A stretch of DNA of 49,318 nt from a virus (Duplodnaviria; Caudoviricetes). A program made the translations under genes and the position numbers. Within the stretch, counting starts at the first letter, position 1, and each line of letters opens with the position of its first letter. The DNA is taken from IMG/VR virus record IMGVR_UViG_3300030372_004173, positions 1-49,318 of that record. The stretch is one strand, 5' to 3'. Positions 36,484 through 44,021 of the stretch are shown in pieces. Under the pieces are notes generated by a model, which saw nothing but the letters and a program-made list of their open reading frames with translations, was not told the origin of the DNA and ran no database searches.

Positions 36484-36867
36484 TTAAGTGATTGATGAGT
36501 TTGACTGGGATTCTCCCGCGAACCATACGAGAGGGCGATCCCCATCCCGATAGACCTGACGCCTCGTGAATCCGTACTGTCTGAGTAGCGCACTCAGAGC
36601 ATTCTTGTAGCGCTTAGGTCGAATAATCATAGCAGGGCCGACGCCCTCTATGAGTTCATCTAGTGTGAACCCTATCTCATCGAATCGTTTTGCATAAGAC
36701 AGAATGGCTTCTGTTGGGGGGTAGCCGGGCAATGCGTCCTGGGTAGACTCCAGAAACTTAACGTGGATTCTGAGGGCATTGACGGCTGCTTCTAAGCGAG
36801 AGGTGTGGGGGCCAAGTTCCCTGGCCCGTTCGGTAAGCTCTGCCAGTTCTTCTTTAAGGCTGGACAT
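36484..36867 (-). CDS. Hypothetical protein: coiled coil plus winged-helix-like C-terminus
   Basis: LSALLRQYGFTRRQ...RPLVW; SD AGGAG. Confidence 0.6.
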   Translation of the reverse strand: MSSLKEELAELTERARELGPHTSRLEAAVNALRIHVKFLESTQDALPGYPPTEAILSYAKRFDEIGFTLDELIEGVGPAMIIRPKRYKNALSALLRQYGFTRRQVYRDGDRPLVWFAGESQSNSSIT

Positions 36868-37223
36868 ACATTCTCCTAGGTGTTGGGTGAGATTTACTAA
36901 TTATTCTAACCAGTGCTGTCAAGAACAGTATGGTACTTTTACTACCACTACCCCTACATGGTACATAAAAAACATTGAAGAGGATGCAATTGCTCGCCGT
37001 TTTACTAACAATACAACAAGATTACAGGGGGTTAGCTTGTGCATGACCTCACTAACAAGATTCTAAAAAGCTGAGGTTTACGTGTCAACGTCTGAGTTCA
37101 TGCTTTAGATAACGTGCGATGTTAGTCGGCGTAGTTACTATCTAATAAGTGGGGTCATGCAGTTGGCGGCTGGATAGCGTGCTTTCCTATGACAGCCACC
37201 GAAAAAAACAAACAACCTGACGG

Positions 37224-37309
37224 GCTCGGGGGGTGACTCCCCCGGAGGGGAGCCAGATATTTATCCGCACATCACAAGGAAAAACATGCACAATAAATAC
37301 CACCCGAGC
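37224..37309 (-). ncRNA. Candidate three-way-junction small RNA with anti-SD loop, followed by U-tract
   Basis: Closing stem GCUCGGG/CCCGAGC; arm 1 with loop GUUUUUCCUUGUG; arm 2 GGCUCCCC-UCCG-GGGGAGUC; then GUUGUUUGUUUUUUU (37202-37216). Confidence 0.5.
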
Positions 37310-37316
37310 ATTCCCA

Positions 37317-38168
37317 TCAGCTTGCAGCCATAGCTTCCAAGATTGCGAGAGAAGCTGTAGATTCTACCTCTTCAACACGGTCCCGGAGAGAAGTCATGGT
37401 CTTACCCAGAATCTTCTCGTAGTCCTGGACGAGAGAGTCAAGCTCGCCTGCCTCACGCTCTCGTGTCTGGAGTGCTCGCTTACCGAGATCTCCCTCTTCC
37501 AAGTCTGCCTCAAGCTGGCCGAGTTTACTCTCCACCTGGGCAACGAGCGCCACGCAGATCGCGTCAAGAGTATCGGTGTCCGTGGTTGTTTGAATACAAG
37601 ACACCGTATTCTTGTGGAATGCGAGCGAGATAACCCCTGCGATTTCCTTCCACCGGGCCTTACTGGTTTTTGGAATCCAGTAGAATCCTCCGCGTGGGCG
37701 CATCGAAATGCCTCCGAGTTTCCGAGCAGCATTCGATAGAACCGTACCGAGCACCGCACCGGACACCAGCTTTTTCTGAACATTGAACTCAGACTGGAGC
37801 ATGTCTTGCACATCGTGCCCGAATCTTACGGAAGTGTATACGTCGTGGTTTTCTACATAGTGGAGACCACCAGAAGAATCGAATGTTACTTTGAGGGCTT
37901 CGGTGTACCGAGTCTTCCCGTCGTGCAAGTCCTGACGTCCACAGACTTTGTAGCCGCTTGTCCCGCGTACGGTTTTGATGACTACATCCTGCTTACTGAA
38001 AACCCTGTTGAGGGCTCGCAATAAAGCTTGCGTGTCGTTCTTGGGAGAAGGGATAAGCTCGGCAAGTCCCAAGTCCTCGAATCCAACTTTTAGAATCTGG
38101 CGGTCGGAGTTATCCGAGAGTGACCAGTGGGTCAGGATTCCATTGTATTTGATAGTTTTCTCAATCAT
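37317..38168 (-). CDS. Conserved phage protein (DUF6744/DUF3150-like)
   Basis: GILTHWSL...PSP....AL.RAL and GISMRPRGGFYWIP motifs with a C-terminal coiled coil; next to the VWA/AAA genes. Confidence 0.55.
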   Translation of the reverse strand: MIEKTIKYNGILTHWSLSDNSDRQILKVGFEDLGLAELIPSPKNDTQALLRALNRVFSKQDVVIKTVRGTSGYKVCGRQDLHDGKTRYTEALKVTFDSSGGLHYVENHDVYTSVRFGHDVQDMLQSEFNVQKKLVSGAVLGTVLSNAARKLGGISMRPRGGFYWIPKTSKARWKEIAGVISLAFHKNTVSCIQTTTDTDTLDAICVALVAQVESKLGQLEADLEEGDLGKRALQTREREAGELDSLVQDYEKILGKTMTSLRDRVEEVESTASLAILEAMAAS

Positions 38169-38206
38169 TGTCTTGTCCTTTGTGAATGATGCTTGATTGC
38201 ACCAGA

Positions 38207-38234
38207 CAACCTACCGACTTTCGCCGATAGGTTG
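38207..38234 (-). repeat. Intercistronic hairpin, copy 1
   Basis: CAACCUAUCGGC-GAAA-GUCGGUAGGUUG on the minus strand. Confidence 0.65.
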
Positions 38235-38243
38235 CAGGGAGAA

Positions 38244-39533
38244 TCAGACGCGTTTCTCCACAAGGACAGTCTTCATCCAGTCAGGCACACCACGCTTCCC
38301 GCAATGGTTCCCAACGAGGGCAACCATAGCTGGGATTTTACAATCTGAACGACGGGGCCATGGGGTGTAGCCGTCTGTCAGAACGATGGTGCAATGCACT
38401 ATTGGATTTTCCTTTTCTACTCGGGCAATGAGTGGACGCATGTCCGTACCTCCCCGACCAGTAATCTTGACGCTGTGACCGGAGGAACTCCTACCGGACC
38501 AGCCAGTATCCGTGTCGCCCGTGACTACGAAACAAGAGCCACCTGCCGCGCGTGCGATCCCGTCAATCTCAGAAAGACAGACATTCAGATCGTCGTTTGA
38601 CATACTGCCAGAAGTATCCACGACCACGCCGATGCGTAGCTTGGGATGGAATACTGCGGGAATCAGCACGTTCCCCCGGACAGAATGCTGCCGCCGTGAA
38701 CGCTTGCGGAAAGTGTAGTCGGATGCGCCGACTGAGATTTCCATAGAATTCTTAGCGAAACGCCGCACGATTTCCTGCCAGGGAATTGTGGGTGGAGCAA
38801 GTTGCGCTTTGGCCCACAAGACGTCGGCGCTGTTGAGCCCACGTGTTTTAGAAGACTCCTGAATATCTCGGGCAATTTGCCTGCGGATAGACTCGCCTTG
38901 TTTTTCAGTAGTCCCAGGATTCTCGTCAGACGGGGGACCGTCTTCCCAATCCCGTGCGTTCTCGTCGAAACACTGGCCTGGTTTCTTGCCGCTCCCACCG
39001 TCGCCGTCCTCATCGTTATCCATGTGGAGGTAATACCATTCGGTAATCTGATTCTGTGGGAGGGGATTGCCGCCAGGGTCATTCATCTTTTCTGGGAACA
39101 CGCACCAGTCCTGGAGATGCTCGCGGAGGAAAGCATCAGACCCATTGATTTCTGCATCCGCTGCAATGTTCCAGCGCTTGGAACATTTCTCCATTCCGAC
39201 AGGCGGAGAGAACATTTCGAACCGCTCGGGATGTCGACGAATCCAGTGCCAGACTTCATGGATGAAATCTGCAATGAGAGTCTGGACAGAATACTGCTCC
39301 TCGCCAAGACCGAGAATCATTTCCGGGTCAAAGTAGCAGCGACCGTACTTGTCCATTCCCCAGCCTCCACACTCGTGGCGGAGACCGGGAACCGGACGGG
39401 GAATCATCGCATAGATTCCTTGACCGAGAAACGGATACTGTCTGGCAGCGCCCACGCGAATCGTGGCGAAACGAGCCAGGGATTTTTGGATGGTGACGTC
39501 ACTCACCTCGGGCATAGGGATAGAAGGTGTCAT
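38244..39533 (-). CDS. Metallopeptidase-VWA domain protein (DUF2201-like)
   Basis: HEVWH zinc motif, WNIAADAEIN, MIDAS DTSGSM, GRGGTD, LTDG. Confidence 0.85.
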   Translation of the reverse strand: MTPSIPMPEVSDVTIQKSLARFATIRVGAARQYPFLGQGIYAMIPRPVPGLRHECGGWGMDKYGRCYFDPEMILGLGEEQYSVQTLIADFIHEVWHWIRRHPERFEMFSPPVGMEKCSKRWNIAADAEINGSDAFLREHLQDWCVFPEKMNDPGGNPLPQNQITEWYYLHMDNDEDGDGGSGKKPGQCFDENARDWEDGPPSDENPGTTEKQGESIRRQIARDIQESSKTRGLNSADVLWAKAQLAPPTIPWQEIVRRFAKNSMEISVGASDYTFRKRSRRQHSVRGNVLIPAVFHPKLRIGVVVDTSGSMSNDDLNVCLSEIDGIARAAGGSCFVVTGDTDTGWSGRSSSGHSVKITGRGGTDMRPLIARVEKENPIVHCTIVLTDGYTPWPRRSDCKIPAMVALVGNHCGKRGVPDWMKTVLVEKRV

Positions 39534-39535
39534 CT

Positions 39536-40330
39536 TTATTGTCCTTTAGAAATGACGGTGTACTGGGAAGGATACTCGTCTGAACCGAGAAGAAACTGAA
39601 TACGAACCCACACTTCATCGTGTTCGTTCCAGCGGTGTCGCCCGTGTCGATGGCCCCCCATCGTAGGCGCTACTTTTCTATAGGCTTTTACAAACTGGGG
39701 ATATGACCGTTGCCATAAATCCACGGGGGGGAGGGCACACGGAAATAGTCCACAGTCTTTGATTGCTTTGAACCATGGAGTGTTTTCGAATACGAAAACT
39801 TCCGTAGGAATGGGGATTGCGTCAATACAAGAATTGATTCCGATGATTCTCGCAATCTTCCGCTGCCTCAATACTTTCAATCGATTTTGCGCATGACCCT
39901 TACTCATCTGGAGAAAACGTCCCTCGACTACAGACTCTCTCCAGGTTTTATGGCGCCGGTCCTGATTTTTCTGGGATGCCTCCTGAGCGTATGGACGCAA
40001 AGGTACAGGTAGCTGGCCGAGAAGTTGGGACGGAGTAGGCGCCTCAAAATATCCACGCTTTGCACTGAAGGCTTGTTCAACCCAAGGATGGTCCTCTCGG
40101 ATTTGATACCAGTCGGGTCCACGATATTCAGAAGTCTGTCTGTACCAATTCCAGAGAAGCTTTACTTCCCGACACCGGCAACGCTCATCTGGATTGAAAA
40201 CCAGAAGCGCGGATAGCGCGTCCTCGTTTTCTCCCTGATGGTCCAATAATGACAGCCTCCCTTTTGAGGTGAGTCCAATACGATGGTGGCGTCCCATGCA
40301 TTTGACTTTCGCAATTTCTAGAAATTCCAT
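39536..40330 (-). CDS. Hypothetical protein
   Basis: Start placed at MEFL (40330) after the AAGGACAA leader; N-terminal C...H, H...CRC possible metal site. Confidence 0.6.
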   Translation of the reverse strand: MEFLEIAKVKCMGRHHRIGLTSKGRLSLLDHQGENEDALSALLVFNPDERCRCREVKLLWNWYRQTSEYRGPDWYQIREDHPWVEQAFSAKRGYFEAPTPSQLLGQLPVPLRPYAQEASQKNQDRRHKTWRESVVEGRFLQMSKGHAQNRLKVLRQRKIARIIGINSCIDAIPIPTEVFVFENTPWFKAIKDCGLFPCALPPVDLWQRSYPQFVKAYRKVAPTMGGHRHGRHRWNEHDEVWVRIQFLLGSDEYPSQYTVISKGQ

Positions 40331-40404
40331 AGTTTTGTCCTTGTTTTCCCACATGATTGTAGGCCAAAGCCGCCCGCCAAAAGGCGGGAAGCTTGTGTCT
40401 ACAT

Positions 40405-40605
40405 TCAAGCGTCTCCACACTTGTCTGTTCGAATGGTTCTCTCTACCAATTCGATGAGGGGGAGAGACGGGTCTTCTTTCTTGTCCACGCAGAACACACA
40501 CTTATTCTTAGAGCTAATAAACTCCCCAAAATAAATAGTCTCCTTGCAACCTGGACAAGTCATGGCAATCCCGTCAATGTCTACGCCTTCATTCCAGGAC
40601 ATCAC
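40405..40605 (-). CDS. Small zinc-ribbon protein
   Basis: CPGC...CVFC; overlaps the stop codon of the AAA gene. Confidence 0.6.
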   Translation of the reverse strand: MMSWNEGVDIDGIAMTCPGCKETIYFGEFISSKNKCVFCVDKKEDPSLPLIELVERTIRTDKCGDA

Positions 40606-41684
40606 GCACCTCCATTCAACGCGCCAAGCTCACGGAACATGCTGGCGAAAATCGCAGCCTCCTTGGGAACATGGCGGCGGAGTTGCTTGCCTTCCGGACG
40701 GGAGAGAAGTCCAGCCAGACCTTGGGCACAAAGCGCGGCCTTGTCAAAGTGCGCAGTATTTTCCGTGCGTCCGATGAGAGTCCAGGCATTCTTCCAGTTG
40801 TCCACCGTAGGATTCTCAGCGACGTAGCCACTGACAGAGGAGAACATGAGATAGCAGAGGTCTGCCCGCTCAGGAAATGAAACCGTACTTGCCTGCCCGA
40901 GAATAATCTCAGGAGGGAGAACGTGTTCACGCATATCCCAGAATCCCATAAACTCAGAAGCTACGCCTTGACCGATGACACCCTCCGAAAGATTGTGGAT
41001 AACGTCGCGCGGCGCATCACCGGCAGCCTCCAATAGCTTTGCAAGATTTGTCCAGGTTCGCGGAGTAGCGCGTGGCTTGTTCACGAATTCTACCGTGGGC
41101 TCCTGCCGGAAAGCAGAACGACGGCGCTCAAGAAAAGCCACGATAGTATTCGAGGATTTCACGGGAGCCCAGTCGCCGGATAGCATGCCGGATTTCCAGA
41201 CGTCAAAGTCCAGCTTCCAGTTTATATGAACGAAACGCGTACACGTCGGAGGCTGAAAGTCTGACGCATTGACAGCGATTTCCGGAGGATTCGCAGCCAT
41301 CACATAGTGAACGAATTCCTTGGAAAGCTGAACGTCACCGGCCAGGCCTTCTTGAGTCAGCGTAAGCTGAGTCGCCTGGACAGCGGGAGCAGAAGTATTT
41401 CCCTCGTCCAGAAAAATGATGACGTGTTCTCCCTTGTCGCCCAGACGTTTTGCCTCGCGGATAGCGAGCGCGACTGGGAGCCTGGAAACTTCGCCGTCAA
41501 TGACAGCCGGGATTCCACCGATATCCGTGGGGTCCAGATTTGAACCGACCAGGAAAAAGCAGTGCCATCCTCGGGCTTTTGCCTCGGATAGAACGGCGGA
41601 GGTTTTGCCCTCACCATCCGGGCCCCAGAGAACACACGGGAGATTTGCGTCAAGACAGACGCGCAGAGTTTGCATAGCTAACAT
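40602..41684 (-). CDS. MoxR/AAA_5-type AAA+ ATPase
   Basis: GPDGEGKT, DPTDIGGIP, IIFLDE, AANP, TRF, TPRTW motifs. Confidence 0.88.
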   Translation of the reverse strand: MLAMQTLRVCLDANLPCVLWGPDGEGKTSAVLSEAKARGWHCFFLVGSNLDPTDIGGIPAVIDGEVSRLPVALAIREAKRLGDKGEHVIIFLDEGNTSAPAVQATQLTLTQEGLAGDVQLSKEFVHYVMAANPPEIAVNASDFQPPTCTRFVHINWKLDFDVWKSGMLSGDWAPVKSSNTIVAFLERRRSAFRQEPTVEFVNKPRATPRTWTNLAKLLEAAGDAPRDVIHNLSEGVIGQGVASEFMGFWDMREHVLPPEIILGQASTVSFPERADLCYLMFSSVSGYVAENPTVDNWKNAWTLIGRTENTAHFDKAALCAQGLAGLLSRPEGKQLRRHVPKEAAIFASMFRELGALNGGA

Positions 41685-41725
41685 TTGTTTTGTCCTTGTT
41701 TATCCGTAGCGGAATGCTAACGGCT

Positions 41726-41755
41726 GAATCCTACCAACCTGGGCCGATAGGATTC
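41726..41755 (-). repeat. Intercistronic hairpin, copy 2
   Basis: GAAUCCUAUCGGC-CCAG-GUUGGUAGGAUUC; same stem core as 38207-38234. Confidence 0.65.
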
Positions 41756-41763
41756 CGTCGTTG

Positions 41764-42144
41764 TCATTTCTCCCCGTCAGAATCTGGAGGAACGATGAGG
41801 AAGAATTCCCCGTCGTGCTGATAAATCCAGAGTTCTTCGCAGTATTTTTCTCCTTCCTCTCCTTCAAACTTCTTGGTCAAGCGGAAAGCGCACTTGTTTT
41901 CCAGATCGCAAGTCTTGGGAGGAACACCGTATCTTTCGTCTCCCTCACAATCTGCTCCGAACCATTTCAGTTTTTGCGGCCAGACATTTCGCTCCACATG
42001 GAAATAAGGGGAGGCAAAAACAAGAGCAGTCGCGGCTGCTTCTGGGATTTTGACGGGGTATCCAGTCATAGGATTTCGAACGTAGCGGAAACCGTGATCA
42101 TCTGTGGGGTAGCTCAGAAAGTATTCGTCTCTTGGCGTTTTCAT
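41764..42144 (-). CDS. Hypothetical protein
   Basis: 126 aa; ATGA overlap. Confidence 0.6.
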   Translation of the reverse strand: MKTPRDEYFLSYPTDDHGFRYVRNPMTGYPVKIPEAAATALVFASPYFHVERNVWPQKLKWFGADCEGDERYGVPPKTCDLENKCAFRLTKKFEGEEGEKYCEELWIYQHDGEFFLIVPPDSDGEK

Positions 42145-42386
42145 GCGTCCTCCACGAATTGTGGGCGGAGAGCTATAGCTACCGCGCCGAGCCGCTTCTT
42201 TTCTTCATACCGGGCACGAGACATTTGCCTCTCAACCTCGGCAATGAATCTGTCTCGATTGAATCGAGGATTGCTCTCTTCAAATAAATCCGCAAATTGA
42301 TTGGCGAGCTTTAGAATCTCATCCTCGGTCAGCGTCGATTTACCGAGATTCTCAGCGGTGGATTGAAAGTCTTTTTTAGTCAGCAT
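42141..42386 (-). CDS. Hypothetical early protein
   Basis: MLTKKDF...FADLFEESNPRFNRDRF pattern; AAAGGACAA leader. Confidence 0.65.
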   Translation of the reverse strand: MLTKKDFQSTAENLGKSTLTEDEILKLANQFADLFEESNPRFNRDRFIAEVERQMSRARYEEKKRLGAVAIALRPQFVEDA

Positions 42387-42669
42387 TATTTTGTCCTTTA
42401 CCGTTCATACAACGGGCAAAACCCATAGGAAAACCTGTGAGCTTTTCTCGGTGTAGGAGGGAGGGGGGAGGGGGGTCATTTTAAGATTGTATAAACTCCA
42501 GTGAGAAAAAGGATGGAAACGGAAATAATATCGAATGGAAAGGGAGGTAGCATGATGGACACCTGATAGTCAATGGAAAATGAAAATGGACGCGGTGGAT
42601 GGATAGCGTGGATTGGATAGATTTCTACAGAAATGACAGCCCCGAGGACTTTGAAAAATCCAGACGCAG

Positions 42670-42704
42670 AAAGGCCCGACCCGATAAAATCGGGCCGGAC
42701 CTTT
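42670..42704 (-). terminator. Long hairpin downstream of the first early gene
   Basis: AAAGGUCCGGCCCGAU-UUU-AUCGGGUCGGGCCUUU, 16 bp with two G-U pairs on the minus strand. Confidence 0.65.
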
Positions 42705-42719
42705 TCAGATTTTCCGCGC

Positions 42720-43370
42720 CTATTTGGAAGCTTTTCGCGTCCGGGTTTTCGGACTCAGTTTAGCTACCTCTTTTTCAAGCTTGGCCACTCTCTCCAAGGC
42801 CTCGGCAAGCTCGGCCTTCTTGAGTCGTAGCTTGTCCGCTCGTCGTTCCGATGCACTTTGGAGCAGGAGCGCCCCGACTGGACTGGATGAGCCCATCACA
42901 GAATCGTAGCGCGTGTCCGATGTCAGGAATCGGAAGAGCCTCGCCACCTCCAGACCGTCTACTTGGAAGCTCCAGAATTGACCGTCTTCCTTCACTGTCC
43001 AGCCCATAGGAAGCTCCAAGCTTGCCCTGTGTTGGGGCTTGCGGCTCGCTGGCCCCGTGTGCCAATTGTGGCCACCGTCTGAGATATTCAGCCCCTCCGC
43101 AACTTGCGGAGTGTAGAAGCCAAGATGCGTCCCTACTGGAAGCCCCAACTTTCTCGCTTTCTGTTCGAAAGCTTCCGAAAAGTGAGTGAGGCCGATTCTC
43201 GCTGTCTGGCTTCCATACGAGAGGGCCAGAAAGCCTCGGCTATCGCCTCCTGCATCCTGAACGGAAAAGGCCGTCTCGGGGAGTCCTACGCCCCAGATAG
43301 AGCCATCCGCGGTAGTCACTCCGCATTTAGTATTCTTGGAGTTAGGGCCGATTGTCGTTAGTTTGCTCAT
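42720..43370 (-). CDS. Hypothetical protein, first gene of the early arm
   Basis: ATG at 43370 after AAAGGACAAGAAA; C-terminal coiled coil and basic tail. Confidence 0.65.
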   Translation of the reverse strand: MSKLTTIGPNSKNTKCGVTTADGSIWGVGLPETAFSVQDAGGDSRGFLALSYGSQTARIGLTHFSEAFEQKARKLGLPVGTHLGFYTPQVAEGLNISDGGHNWHTGPASRKPQHRASLELPMGWTVKEDGQFWSFQVDGLEVARLFRFLTSDTRYDSVMGSSSPVGALLLQSASERRADKLRLKKAELAEALERVAKLEKEVAKLSPKTRTRKASK

Positions 43371-43624
43371 TTTCTTGTCCTTTAGTGAGCGTCTGAAAAC
43401 CGCCACCGGACGAATTCCGGTAGCGGATGCCAAACACTCCCCAAAGCCCGAGCGAAAAGACACGCTTTCTGGTCGCGTCCGTTTTCACACCATGCGCGGA
43501 AAATCCACGCGGGCGTCCGCGCTCTCGATTTTCCGCTCGTCAGAAAATCCCCGCGCGAAACGGGCCAGAAACAGCGATGGAAAAGAGCTACCAGGTAGCG
43601 CACGCGCCCCTCGCCCCTCTACTA

Positions 43625-43640
43625 TGCAAGCCGCGTGCCA
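43625..43640 (-). promoter_or_regulatory. Sigma54 (-24/-12) promoter
   Basis: Minus strand TGGCACGCGGCTTGCA matches TGGCACG-N4-TTGCW, with GG-N10-GC spacing; points into the early arm. Confidence 0.7.
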
Positions 43641-43670
43641 TGTTAGTCCATGGTAGCACTCCGCGAAAAC

Positions 43671-43781
43671 CCAGGTTCAACCTACGTTATCCGCTGTCAA
43701 GACTTAGCCGAGACTTGTTAGTCGCAGGTAGTCAAGGGAGCGGGGGACATTATTGTCTCAGCGATATGCCAGGTTCAACCT
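43671..43781. repeat. Two copies of CCAGGTTCAACCT (palindromic core AGGTT-C-AACCT)
   Basis: Exact 13-mers at 43671-43683 and 43769-43781. Confidence 0.7.
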
Positions 43782-44021
43782 TCCTTTTCGGGAGGTGGGG
43801 CGGGGATGTCGCACACTTGACTATCAAGTGACCCCCTTTCGATGCACTGTCAAGGGGACCCCTTATCTAGATTCTAGAGGTCAGAATCCAGCGCGTAAAA
43901 AAAGATTCCGTCGAACCTGGACCCATCCCCTCTGTGGCTATCCTATTTCCATCTATGCCCCTCCTCTCATGCGCGACCATTTTTGGGTCTACTTACATCT
44001 CTAACAAGTTATAGTCCCTAA

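Noticed and set aside
36435-36593. N-terminal extension of the primase ORF in the track
   Set aside because: It overlaps the upstream gene and a hairpin; a good SD (AAGGAG) precedes the ATG at 36434.
36893-36922. TTGACA on the minus strand as a sigma70 promoter
   Set aside because: No convincing -10 hexamer at 16-18 nt spacing, so I left it uncalled.
38802-39599. 265-aa plus-strand ORF
   Set aside because: Antisense to the well-supported peptidase-VWA gene.
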